Source of the DNA: Candidatus Omnitrophota bacterium
GTDB lineage: Bacteria; Omnitrophota; Omnitrophia; Omnitrophales; Aquincolibacteriaceae
Direction: 5' to 3'
Assembly: GCA_903856085.1 (NCBI GenBank)
Contig: CAIOAT010000024.1
Location: 3,180-67,179, forward strand
DNA length: 64,000 nt
Part shown: positions 58,401 to 64,000 of the stretch, piece by piece
Position numbering within the stretch: position 1 is the first letter of the stretch
How the letters are laid out: each line of letters starts with the position of its first letter
Made by a program: the position numbers and the translations under genes
Notes under the pieces: model-generated
The model's database searches: none
Seen by the model: the letters and a program-made list of their open reading frames with translations, nothing else
What the model was told of the DNA's origin: nothing

Positions 58401-61400
58401 TCTGAATCGGTACGCTGTAATTCATTTCAACGGAAGCGCCCGGCGCAAGAGTAATGCTCTGGGGCGTTTTGGATTGGACCGCTTTAATGACAGGAGAAGA
58501 GGCTTCCAAAGCATCAAGGACCGCGCTGCTACGCCTGGCGAAATCCGTATCATCAAACTGCATGGACTGAAGCGCGGCGATCTGCCTGTCGATTTTTGCA
58601 AGCAACTCTCCGGCTATCTTTCCGGCAGCGCTGATTTTGCGGACATCACCCGTTGCTTGGATTGTCTTAAGCGCCCGCTCCACTGTCCGACGGTCATAAT
58701 TCAAGCGCGCGCGAACCATGATATCCCGCTTCAGGAAATACGCCTGAACCTGAAGCGGTGTCAATTCGAGGACATTCAAAAAGCGCGCTTCTTTGGTGCC
58801 GGATTTTTCTCCCTCTAACAATCGTATGCCCTGCTCATCGTTGAAAGATCCTAAAGACGCAAAATCACCTTGGACCCAATCCTGCCAATTTTCACGGCAT
58901 GCGCGTACAGATAATTCCAAAATATCCTTCAGCTGACTCTTCTGCTCTTCAAAAAAGATCGAGATCCTTAGTGCCGACTCGGAATCAAGACCGGTCAGAT
59001 CAGGCTCGAGGGAGTTTACCCGCTCCATAACGCGCGAAATCTTTTCCCCATCGATCCCCTGCGGCCCTGTGAGAGCATCAAAAATGATGGAGGAAGAAAC
59101 TAGTCTTCCATAAACCTTGTTCAATCCTGCGGAAGCCAGGTCATAAAGAACGTAGCGTTTGACGCCATCGATGACGGGCGTTTCCATGTTATGGTCAATC
59201 CCAAAATCATGAGCCTTGGTCAACGCGAGGAAAACCATAAGATTTTCTATCCCGGATCCGGTAGTTTCGGCAGGTAATTCTGCGGCCGTCAGGGTTTTTG
59301 CATCGCGAACCAGTAGTGCCCTTACTTTGTCCGTTTTTGGATCGTTGACGCCGGCGCCTTTTAAAAATTCATCCCATTCCTGGCTGAACTTTCCGGGGAC
59401 ATTATCTTTTTGCAACGAAGAAATCTCAACCCAAGGAGGAACATTGACCCCTAAAGCATCCGCGAGCTTATAGGCCCGCAATTCGTCATTCGTATCGGCA
59501 GGAACATATTTCAAATACCAAACGAGACCTGTTGCCGGATCTCTTAATCTCCAAACCCCTGTTTTCATTTTCACTTCGATCACCAAGTCCTGTAGAGCCG
59601 GCGGCGTTCTTTGTCGTGCGCTCTGACTACCGGCAACCGCCACGACTTCCCGCTCAACAAACTCCGTACCGTAGGACCCCGTAGATGTAAGCTGAATATT
59701 GCCTTTTTTATCTACCATGACGATCATGTGATCACGAGAGATCCGGGTATCTAAAAGCACTTCGGCCTGATGGATGCGTCCAATCTTGATGGTTGTTTCA
59801 ACCCCCTCAGGAACCGAGTAGGTCCGAGCCTTTCCATTCGATGCAACAGTAACTTGCAAACTCCCCGATGGACTGCGATTAACATCCACATAAGCCTCGA
59901 CTCCGGCGAGCTTCATCCGGAACGGAAGCGCCTTGGGTGTCTCACCTTTAATATGGGTCGCTTGGACATTAACAAGCGACGCCTGACCCGCCACAAGCTC
60001 CGCAGATTCACCAAGCCCTGGTTTCCGGATTTCGGATCTCACTTCAGCGCGAGTGGCGGCCGTTTTGAGTTCTAGCACCATAAAATGCCGTCCTGTGTTA
60101 TCGTTCATTTTTTTGTCCGTCGGGATCTTGAACCCGAACCGGTCCGCGTTCTCTTTGATCATGGCGTAACTGCCATCCTGCCCCTCTCGCATCTCCCCAT
60201 AGACAGGAAGACCGGGAAACTTATCGCGGATCTCGCCCATGAGTTGCAACAAGAGCTTCCCTCCGATCCCCGATTTACGCTGTTCCGGGTCGACGGCAAG
60301 ATCCATGACATAAATAATGTCACGCTTGGTGTCCGGGTCATACCCCACATAAGCGATGACATACCCCATCAATTGACCGTCCCGGTAATAACCTCGGCTC
60401 AGATTCTTACGGCGATCACCTTGCGCCATTTCATTCAGCGCAGCGCGAGCCAAGGAGTTTTGAATGCCGGACAATCCCTGGAGAAGACTGGGAGCGAGAT
60501 TCCCGTAGACCTTCCCTTCCAACCTGCTCACATCCAAAATATCCTCGTTATCGAGAGAATAAATTCCCGTCGCAGGAGCTGGGGCTAGCGGCATTTTTAC
60601 ATCCAGCGGAATTTCCGTGACCTCGTCACTTTTTTTATCCGTGTAACTTAATTTCAATTCCGACATAGTTTCATTCTCGACAGTGTTTCCCGCCAGACGA
60701 TAATCGCTGTTATCCACCCCAATCCTCAACTTGGGTAAAAGCGGCAAGCCCTGGCTCTTTTGATCCCGCGCATAGCTCTTACTGGTCGGAAACTTCGCCA
60801 TATAACGCTCGAAAAACTGTCTGTAAGTTTCCGTCACGAAATCATTCCACGTTTTTCCTTTACCGATGTCTTTTCCTTCATTCATCTTCCGAATAAAGTT
60901 CGGATCCGCTTCAATATTATCAGCCGCCATGACCACACCCGTACGCCCCACGGCCTCAAACTGGGAGTCCTTGAGTGCCTCAAAAAGATTGAAGTGATCG
61001 GGTTGACGCTGGAACGCAGCATCCAACTTGGGGTATTTCTCTCCCAAGGGCCTGTCCAGGGTGAGCACCGACGTGATGATGCTCTTATCATAAAGATTTC
61101 CAAGCTGATCTTTGACTTGAACTGTCAGCGCAAAGATCGCCGTCGCAGGATGGGAATAAACCCCTTCCTTTCCATCTCCGAACCCCATACAACTAGGCGT
61201 CTCATCTCCTGCAGTTCTGGACCGGTAATCCGACTTGGGATAGATCTGAGCTGTGAAACGATCACCGAGCCCCTTGCCATCAAGAGCTTTCTTCATCGAA
61301 AGGAGGAATTTGTTGTCCTCCTCACCCCGCGCAGACTCCGGTCGTGCCATGATCGATTCATACCGTGCAACGAGGATATCCCGAAATTGGATCTCGACCG

Positions 61401-64000
61401 GCCTGTAGGGAGGGAATTTGTTCTCGGCAAGAAATTCGCGCATTCCGGAGTACTCTTTCTTAAGCGGGATCGCCAGATTCGTGACAAGGTATTTAAGATT
61501 GAATTTTCGAAACATCTTTTGGTTCCACAACATCTCACCCGCCAACGCCCCGGCATTTTCGGCATTCGCCACCACCTTTTGATGGGTCAACGGATCGACT
61601 AAATTCAGACTGTTGATATAGACCGCTAATTTCTCCCCATCCATAATCCCTGATTGAAGCAGCAGGCTCTGCCAAAGTCCCTGAAACTCATTACTGTTCT
61701 TCAGGTTCTCCATACCCCAAGTGTCAAGATTGCTGTAGAGGACAACCTTCATCGGCTGAAAGGACATGCGCGAATCCATTTTCCCGAGAATCATCGCATC
61801 CCGGTACTGAGAAGCCGTCAGATCGACATATCCATGCTCCTTGATAACTTGCGCCTGAACGGCCACAGCTTCCGGGGTTGGGCTGGGTCCCACGTCAGGA
61901 ACCACCCAATTATGAGCGCCCAGGGCCTGCTGAACTGAGTCTTTGGTATAGGAAGCCTTTGCCTGCATGAACTTATAAGGATCAAGAATAAAATCCATGA
62001 TGGCCCGAGTATTACTCACAGTCCCCTTAAAGATGATATCCGTCACATACTGATATTTTTTCAACGAATCCGGATCGCCCGACTTTTTCCACGGCTCGAT
62101 GGCCGCCAGCAATTCTTTGTTGCTCAAAATGGTCACGACTGACTCAATGCTTTCAAAATTCGTAAAAGAACGGAATTCATAAAAAGGATCTCTGTCAACG
62201 CTCACAAGGAGTTTTTCAAAATTCTCATTCCCTCTGAATAATTCCGCACTTTCGTTCAACTGAACGCGCCAGCCGGAATTGTATCGAGAAGCGATCCAAA
62301 CAAAACGCTGAAAGCCGTTTCTCCCGTGAATGACGGATTTATCGTTTCTCACCTGAGGCATCACGTTCTTAAAAAAATTCTCTTTCTGCTCTACAGACAG
62401 CCCCTTATTGTTATAAAGTTCGACAGCGGAATCCAATCCGATCAAGCTTTCATGCCGGGCATTGGGATTAACGTAAAAAAACATCGCGCGATACCCGAAG
62501 GTCTTTGCATATTGACGAACGGGCACCACCACATCGCTCCAGTTCCACAAACCGCCGTCCTGAAGCGACTGCACAAGACCGCTATAGAACGACTCTTCCT
62601 CCTCCGGTGTCATTTTCTGTTTCAGATCCTGCCCGGACAACTGTTCCCAGAGCGCAAAGATCTCGAGGGAATTCAAGTTCCGGCCGACTCGGGATCCCGT
62701 AACGACATGCGCAGGGTCCAGCTGATCAAGAACAGCAGCCATGGTCCGATAAGCCCTTTCGCCCGGCGTCTCATTCGTGGGAGCGTTCTCCTTCGTCTGA
62801 GCAATCGCCCTGGAAATAGCTTCCATCGTCATACGGGACAGGATCCCATCGGAGATCTTTCGAGCGACCGTTTTATCGAGAGCCAGTCCCTGGATCATAT
62901 CCGACTCGAGCGCACTTAAGCCCGAAAGCGCCTGAGCCGCGTCGGGGCCGAACCGGTCGGTGATTTTCTTGCGGACGCGTTCCAACGAAGCTTCGCGAGC
63001 TAATTTTTCGGCGCTGGGACTATAATTTTCAAGCGGCTCCAAACTGATTTCTGTCAGTGCCGCCCGGTAGGCGTTCATGAGGAGCCGGTCAAATTCAGCA
63101 CGAACTCCGGACGCTGCCGCCGGGCTTGCATGGTCCACGGCAAAATCAACCAGCGTTTCGATCTTGGAAAGACCAAAGTGCGATCCGGAATAATCCTTTT
63201 CATCAAGGATCCCGTTGACGGTGTCCGCCACCTGCGGGATCGCGGCAGAAAATATCCGGGCCACTTCCTGATTCCCGGGCTGGAGCCTTTCAAGCTCCTC
63301 ACGAACAACGCCCGCGGCAACCTTTAGGGAGCTCAGAGAATTGTCCAAGGTAGGCTGATCCGCAATACGGCGACAAAATAGCAAGGTGTTGTTCAGGCTC
63401 TCGCGGAGAGAAGAAACATACGCGTCCCACGCAAAGAACATCGCGTCTTCGCGCGTCATAAAACTATTTAAACGAAGTCTGATCTTCTCGACAGCCGCCG
63501 AGGCATTTGGGTAACTCGCCGTATCGAACTGGAGACGGATGAGGTGGCTGAGAGCCTTTGCGTAAACACTCTTTTTTTCCGTAGAACCGAGCTTGCTCTC
63601 CATCACATCCAGCAGGTCCCCGGCCGCCTGCACCAATTGAGCACGCAATTTCTCGTCCTTATCCCGGAGATCCTTATCTTCCAATCGCGATCTCTCGCTA
63701 ACCAACAGGATTGAAAAGACGTGATTCATCACCTCGGCGAGGATTTCCGGATTAGGCGACGGATCCTCTGCGATTACATGCAGGAGATCCTGCATTTTCT
63801 TTAAAACATTGGTCCTGATTGATCGAAATCCCCGCGCGGATGAATCGGTCCCCGTGCGTTCCTCATAAATAACGGTCCCTGCCATCTGCCGCCATAGAGG
63901 GGCCGCCAAGGTGTCACTGTAAAGCCGCCGTATCACAGCCTCAGGAGCATCAAGGTCGGACGCTCGTATCCCGTTTTTTGCGTCTTGCAGACGCCGTTTT
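43414..64000 (-). CDS. Giant multidomain protein (>6860 aa, 5' end beyond window): GNAT, 2x FHA, 2x GHKL-ATPase motifs, APH-type kinase, P-loop, hydrophobic segments, Ham1/ITPase-like domain
   Basis: Uninterrupted minus-strand frame from 64000 to the stop at 43414; the frame is still open upstream of the track's GTG at 63936. Approximate domain positions in nt: GNAT-like 60114-60384 (QRKSGIGGKLL); FHA 59649-59814 and 57009-57189; GHKL-like 56379-56619 (ITIDGGEGM) and 54039-54369 (VYDNGPGM ... GRGLGLYG); APH-type 55359-56259 (HGDFHQGN, DFE); P-loop ~53040 (FDNFGSGKT); hydrophobic segments 51636-51690 and 49947-50088; Ham1 48714-49215 (VATQNPRKVE, AEDSGVEVAALAGAPGIYTNRY). Confidence 0.85.
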   Translation of the reverse strand, partial: KRRLQDAKNGIRASDLDAPEAVIRRLYSDTLAAPLWRQMAGTVIYEERTGTDSSARGFRSIRTNVLKKMQDLLHVIAEDPSPNPEILAEVMNHVFSILLVSERSRLEDKDLRDKDEKLRAQLVQAAGDLLDVMESKLGSTEKKSVYAKALSHLIRLQFDTASYPNASAAVEKIRLRLNSFMTREDAMFFAWDAYVSSLRESLNNTLLFCRRIADQPTLDNSLSSLKVAAGVVREELERLQPGNQEVARIFSAAIPQVADTVNGILDEKDYSGSHFGLSKIETLVDFAVDHASPAAASGVRAEFDRLLMNAYRAALTEISLEPLENYSPSAEKLAREASLERVRKKITDRFGPDAAQALSGLSALESDMIQGLALDKTVARKISDGILSRMTMEAISRAIAQTKENAPTNETPGERAYRTMAAVLDQLDPAHVVTGSRVGRNLNSLEIFALWEQLSGQDLKQKMTPEEEESFYSGLVQSLQDGGLWNWSDVVVPVRQYAKTFGYRAMFFYVNPNARHESLIGLDSAVELYNNKGLSVEQKENFFKNVMPQVRNDKSVIHGRNGFQRFVWIASRYNSGWRVQLNESAELFRGNENFEKLLVSVDRDPFYEFRSFTNFESIESVVTILSNKELLAAIEPWKKSGDPDSLKKYQYVTDIIFKGTVSNTRAIMDFILDPYKFMQAKASYTKDSVQQALGAHNWVVPDVGPSPTPEAVAVQAQVIKEHGYVDLTASQYRDAMILGKMDSRMSFQPMKVVLYSNLDTWGMENLKNSNEFQGLWQSLLLQSGIMDGEKLAVYINSLNLVDPLTHQKVVANAENAGALAGEMLWNQKMFRKFNLKYLVTNLAIPLKKEYSGMREFLAENKFPPYRPVEIQFRDILVARYESIMARPESARGEEDNKFLLSMKKALDGKGLGDRFTAQIYPKSDYRSRTAGDETPSCMGFGDGKEGVYSHPATAIFALTVQVKDQLGNLYDKSIITSVLTLDRPLGEKYPKLDAAFQRQPDHFNLFEALKDSQFEAVGRTGVVMAADNIEADPNFIRKMNEGKDIGKGKTWNDFVTETYRQFFERYMAKFPTSKSYARDQKSQGLPLLPKLRIGVDNSDYRLAGNTVENETMSELKLSYTDKKSDEVTEIPLDVKMPLAPAPATGIYSLDNEDILDVSRLEGKVYGNLAPSLLQGLSGIQNSLARAALNEMAQGDRRKNLSRGYYRDGQLMGYVIAYVGYDPDTKRDIIYVMDLAVDPEQRKSGIGGKLLLQLMGEIRDKFPGLPVYGEMREGQDGSYAMIKENADRFGFKIPTDKKMNDNTGRHFMVLELKTAATRAEVRSEIRKPGLGESAELVAGQASLVNVQATHIKGETPKALPFRMKLAGVEAYVDVNRSPSGSLQVTVASNGKARTYSVPEGVETTIKIGRIHQAEVLLDTRISRDHMIVMVDKKGNIQLTSTGSYGTEFVEREVVAVAGSQSARQRTPPALQDLVIEVKMKTGVWRLRDPATGLVWYLKYVPADTNDELRAYKLADALGVNVPPWVEISSLQKDNVPGKFSQEWDEFLKGAGVNDPKTDKVRALLVRDAKTLTAAELPAETTGSGIENLMVFLALTKAHDFGIDHNMETPVIDGVKRYVLYDLASAGLNKVYGRLVSSSIIFDALTGPQGIDGEKISRVMERVNSLEPDLTGLDSESALRISIFFEEQKSQLKDILELSVRACRENWQDWVQGDFASLGSFNDEQGIRLLEGEKSGTKEARFLNVLELTPLQVQAYFLKRDIMVRARLNYDRRTVERALKTIQATGDVRKISAAGKIAGELLAKIDRQIAALQSMQFDDTDFARRSSAVLDALEASSPVIKAVQSKTPQSITLAPGASVEMNYSVPIQIKFGVDQALELRAYDPDIYRGNINLAVRLDPAISRARQYVKNPSDFYLLDPSIFERIAMSPYILDNRDADEVLDKIRGIARGESVSNPEGFGLKDGDPRKSIKITRIGASQFRVENLSSENANLIQEPVSGKKTEVLKGFYPEEFGTGVGWKFWWHSYENLQFYDKDPGNNWRIYLNVVPTHFDDAVRIVKETAVASSGVGINFKYLKQSIRDKTFSYDPDEISPIVINFLSEADARAFYDKMKAHALYPSLEGVGPTLFAERLGENKEDEVASIAFGLAEGRIEDAALKAIKGGLSDQFVSEFKGRKPVLIRRVIDRLVKLKERNEDDAGLTGNLDPMIEKLTALAATPKRTITSQGITGDVPTELPLRMQLAGQVYVDVTSTTDGVFVTARAVDGSWASEKPLSLKEAELVIGRSPKADLVVPAGEEFKSVSRTHMTMKMDKAGNILLNSVGSYGTVFVPVRSESRVNQSRLEARAVWASDDGVFQGLEPSFVNEIYNLWSALVKRETLEPHIKALNDYGAVALEILRTPDVPYGRQDRWKRSSEVVQNLMKRIGSDKLHPQAAPSLYNSMFFAVENVFQHGLPQSDSLGVAIFVKHGHEIIGITIDGGEGMNVQEALSGKVRGSNTVAGEGLDQFLHLAENYGTAAVFSRQTGASQQGGTYHWTLAISKTQPEKGVLTISRALAASATPNAARAETRADVQTEPVRVDIQRLQEIVAKNYGLKGDVTIQPTPRANVYTVQDATGRYVLKAPLYRNTEDLIQWEAGLLENLKSAGIPVSVIRPTLQNENFIMIDGKPFVLSDYIDGKEYDWGQVEGGDLELAAQLLAKIHMATRNLDLPGRSYQGHEWPPLIPVTDFEGSLKRLESMRQEIQQRGPPLTPTEKIFVENFDLIQQQVKEIRTHLTPRVLDQLPRTIVHGDFHQGNLRYGQNQINGVFDFEYAHPDARVADFASAILLRYQKDGTSIALDKVRQFFVAYQGATGEPITAKEMEILPDVFRLGYLQVILLLLTEKKRSSESTVPTMNEMLANLKILGSLDWKKLAQDVLKPREIVLQGRNGAKLTFEMQVEDNATTKRIDLFFKNPNEKEKPAFAASDMFLYAKEVDGVMAIYGTYINQDLELGLGGQGLLKQLVGIFVGKFKDVKYAFTTSNPALVDVLLRDFNFQASKEERPNGYWLNKEGLPREFYTTTQVLGSARQRGAVNVLEGFDPKYVPDIEAWAKELATDEKVLRKEWALRPVYLGVMLEREPGIRAEARAGGTPWDVEGDVLQALQDSLAGDSRAKDLLRGQGFSLGFEEVKRLLNQIGWLNDPAPFLYVAHADYKTYDQRTLIEFMIKELMDNIDHLKGAQAFDEEHLANLLVSLQEHQPLPPRAGEIQGILVGREVQIQGNKGVELFVYDNGPGMRNIPLMLEKGVSTSGKPGRGLGLYGVDNASGSENRGFLEISSPFERYLMLPGVPEPVSLSQNIKKGTLVHLARFQQPVNFKAMLSSIRSEVRGGIAGAQAEAPGIQQWLQRAFELVTFQTKKAAGPMNIRPAGVGVYDPQPLVDHLVDYYSRKETWTIGELGKMEFLPPKSLLPHDQDGRQYPLTRQEIAAVLQGVIGKLGLSEIQENFQEKTKDFLEGNGRLRLPYGLDSGEKWFLLYLPAIHKEIKSRFPDHQLMPVWRDGAILPVSQYTDKTAVAFWRGQLPITVERGPAEFEETHKVIYAESERILQEAYKKFKNIRDLQRRGNEIQKYFFSEFLKLQSDRDKGTAVAQFIEMIRKQAEGQLDVNKPILVFDNFGSGKTALAIGAALHASFPSTRVDVMLGLLIGQTGMPDVASEHNLPSGYGEDFIWPFILSDRTADGNVTFKKDDPTAIIFALGLFLSAYNYSTLTATQVGEIYKASQRGFGRQNEDKKHLSALLFEYIYPEIAISDSSIKRAEVRDAGSENLRLLNEMQQAMATGDFIEAKKLLDDLNGKRPSALSDLTVKSLSRFLEPFDREFNARSSFEKAFADARWEMQIRTAAEAEEALTQSAIESVGLMEGLYNGKMPDHNVIVDTLARVRAAENLLQRGNTSRGYAAHSILNFLSAITAPVVDFKLAREAENEFEAHGQNALDEARSQDVLNKMNRFTAMSKGQDPDFICDISLRLMESDALKPGADISIRGLLEKSVEETNRIEGRKTSRGELAFAMLKFAAMVAAGDRTNAPTAFESLRVLAEKFGEPAIDVIDAATEKHNSLMALPPRPELRGQMGRRGFLGIFLGAGAGLVAAPFQTAGQTIAATLVQTNAPGLQPLAPAKAQGLMFHISDGKAFKQGEGGFSFAEDEAGVISRGKFTVEPAQGNQCNIFMLPTTDNRLVAAHFRPYDDQGDRKTLGDLRSDVANFVTALKLQGVKPAGKAYLFRTGMPDESFAADLRELLNREFTDLKTKNYMDVSTSTFQRGFSIQGELKRNTQTGQNVWDMQVFDEYGDYYIDRIIADSKNGIKFFEPIQRVPIEQEIVGYAFGGLGIVASVALAYQVVKEKRKDPSQSWAKAAGSVVRMIRKEMGASPRSEIRGQDIFFNLGEPVDLVMGADGRGNYAFQWQGGRHFLMAEFADGKPSIATRSSWDVRWQNHPINNDKVTFGNTTYFATVDLANRVIKLSLSKPGIQGSAASETPRETLKRYLTSPAEDLSTFLNHKETVSFYFDALLGWMGGHLHQPGQESALKNILIRPDQRLEGTLFEAGVFNTEAFRTFVKDLTDGTAGDQTVGRAGSAAQQVIAAFENGMVASKLIKIPKGREFSYRAARFLSYLVIATFVSSLVVGILDVLWSRLASTFAGLAGVAGAIYFVVTRLINRSVTRVVNPYRDKWVKDTRFGVRNPWREAEFKFIALSEIPATVSRQELQWDEFKKTGYSYKLNEKKDGSDAPLEITGNVYDEKGKQLFSNMATYNFRLLVFPKEEGEDRSGVVVITYFFTHFPQGMSGMANYGFLAQRAFLREILKPYGSYDVVAFESEGGDVFSSLMGLSEYQPKMISLGRGRAPDERFEKLIAGVKFGKPRDFDIARRIAELGTAYGTIPNQPGVETNRAEVRKQVAASAEILQVLVATQNPRKVETWKKYFSSFPYIRVITPAEAGIDAKAPEEVSPSYEDTARRKAEFYRKQAAGKIAGPFYVMAEDSGVEVAALAGAPGIYTNRYAERDAAYRELYNRDPLAATAQKIKDELDKRHGVSRDIKTRGAMVILDPDGRANVLTGEGHYKVPSELAKVPAEESALHSILVQPDTKKNYPSMTPGEKAKYPTADVRLAAEAASFLSRQHFQNADLVTPYAKALQAMRVYFDENHVAVSAADAGRGGRGNVEGRVVMQDPDDPTPSPFIYLDFAGTPNLVFHLVPRLDVQVIELQRIENSGIDYEALEKTIGPKLKELAAANGMLLILASELAVGDLPLLGSLGRTDGAPYYHKAAPLADFGISLKLVDEMNGIYDIFVNGKYSGYTRIFVDPSGQWIMDRKSFTAEAAASNNLLDSLVNYLDGLNAKWSDKPYDGLTIQDDLGEGLDSLIDKDASEFGSRIRQSRDQRIETLRSQGHWYANYQKFFLVDAILDFVGYGIASEITRAEFASRVQTAANYFEALKRHPEVQKEFLDFLSHYTVQITDRNRNSPLFVAATNFLAGKWLNDTQVIEQMDLRNGNRVLNDHPWFGPEAHPESDALLNLPYQPRKKIKVLLIGAAEKPGRNSKAVLFRDMLRQALPSGTEIELVANDIQFQPVYFAYDGAKDQFQRKEMFQFDANGMWQDPETGVWYQRINIQDPKANITASPQVFDASHQYDVVINARLAVQYFRDPSALANILQNSQRLVRDQGMLLYDTHDADRADVYYRDDAGEVVYSGAVPFRDVDVVARDLKVFFSTLNAYSPVLERAYRFALRSIGQNGRRVLAKRILLNMAAEVIRDPYALAALALTGIDSENFPDDLFPGMILGRIREKSFMYQWDQFDPDSLIQTANSNDDAKRLFYTKAGVERIPFTETTRQPGFDTKATLYHGEELEATYGMLDGRPAIQIWNSKEGKGVLLVLPARSEVRSVESRAGAKKISKENPILEAATIVTRMSDLDHLVEGPLLEAAKFLFERNIRTFQSSANMDDVAWGRPAYLSGDYDTLSLENQQIVLANQWRIVTTETGHKSFVIEWPIKNKMTVADLQDLSLKTVSSLKRQPLLWGTMTLKEVEREAKELKEKKLINVARLRLQPMFYETEKYGALPPVIFDKKTQTFYASQELKDNADKFLATTGAQQIGKLPAQNSGMKSFEELRAEASWNVPDLRKWNILKGWGGQQYAAKVTAMTDEQFGKEWMKFFADPLAIVPLNNGERLLASKNGQEFLRGFTSFLAIPGNSSHYFSGAKELPVIKYGLALSIKKKQPGMAEQAAEKEYYERLGRYRVLLRETILRWDRLVSASALSPNRAESRIGLKLETPDDFEDLIALLGFVPDPWERIEMIRKYENSLKIGGGLASTYLHRVLKPRLSDGELSVRLEAIHVLSGFGRNGTEDILIEALQKVIARLSKDLKIEALLLSDHGVLSEADQDKLHIIKVQVERDQKELRALAEAAANVGVRFKTGEKSAGSKLKAFFEGLKSLEDVSKPSLAFQIISEYMAYVLPSIEQELAAGVTPRSGKSSRKDLTRKSGKAESVVSPAKPVTAQPKTPEIPEGKSKAGPKIRSEVRLANMPLMELPKIDAAAILVLMRDGANPDKVRARMMEGGLAGFEKEKSLYGQIADQFMASLLGLDVEALTGLTSSRPELRLRLAGFAGYGDPDILAGNIVAGVMLGSFVAVRGARVGGEDVGKIQRFTSAIIDRINEMPGSGVPMIVDNGPDSELVIKALRGKIKIPSLVVLYDEKHPVGRGWNEVADVVMKYRYSERKSADAIVAGVINASKDEALMAFLTTELGVKQNGILSILADFNSEDNPELKNLVCAAVVLINKIFASASPMDQGLMKVNPGMLITKLKEKGIDLLGLSSKNGVFVMNMEALALEFAAQQDIEKSA

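Overview
This 64 kb window reads as a compact bacterial chromosome segment with roughly balanced GC and no rRNA, CRISPR, integrase or transposase signals. Lineage is unassigned; the giant ORFs plus the type IV pilus locus are reminiscent of ultra-small or candidate-phylum bacteria such as Omnitrophota, where giant genes are documented, but that is inference only. Its strongest feature is two giant minus-strand ORFs that occupy the second half of the window.

Layout. Positions 1-30408 form an almost unbroken array of minus-strand genes. It begins with a partial secreted protein and runs through def, an ACT-domain protein, an AsmA-like protein, the cca gene, a Lys-rich histone-like protein, rmuC and RNase G. 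A complete type IVa pilus operon follows: a standalone MshEN-like protein, two PilB/GspE ATPases, pilC, two tandem pilins, and pilM, N, O, P and Q. The array continues with an endonuclease III-like gene, thpR, cinA, a PgsA-PgpA fusion, rimO, a periplasmic protein and a two-component pair whose hybrid histidine kinase shows a HAMP remnant and an in-frame stop at its 5' end. A short plus-strand block (30608-34244) carries a fused membrane / spermidine-synthase-like / TPR protein and tRNA-Arg(TCT).

Giant ORFs. Downstream of the tRNA are two minus-strand giants:
- A 2320-aa protein (34393-41355) with a signal peptide, two tandem extracytoplasmic repeat domains, a polytopic membrane region and a C-terminal GH94-like glycoside phosphorylase domain (GDWND motif).
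- A frame longer than 6860 codons (43414 to beyond 64000) that is still open at the window edge. It carries two FHA domains, a GNAT-like segment, two GHKL ATPase motifs, an APH-type kinase signature (HGDFHQGN/DFE), a P-loop, a Ham1/ITPase-like domain and internal hydrophobic segments.

Rho-independent terminators are visible after the major pilin gene, the periplasmic protein gene and the GH94 giant. Candidate regulatory palindromic repeats lie upstream of the pilus operon.
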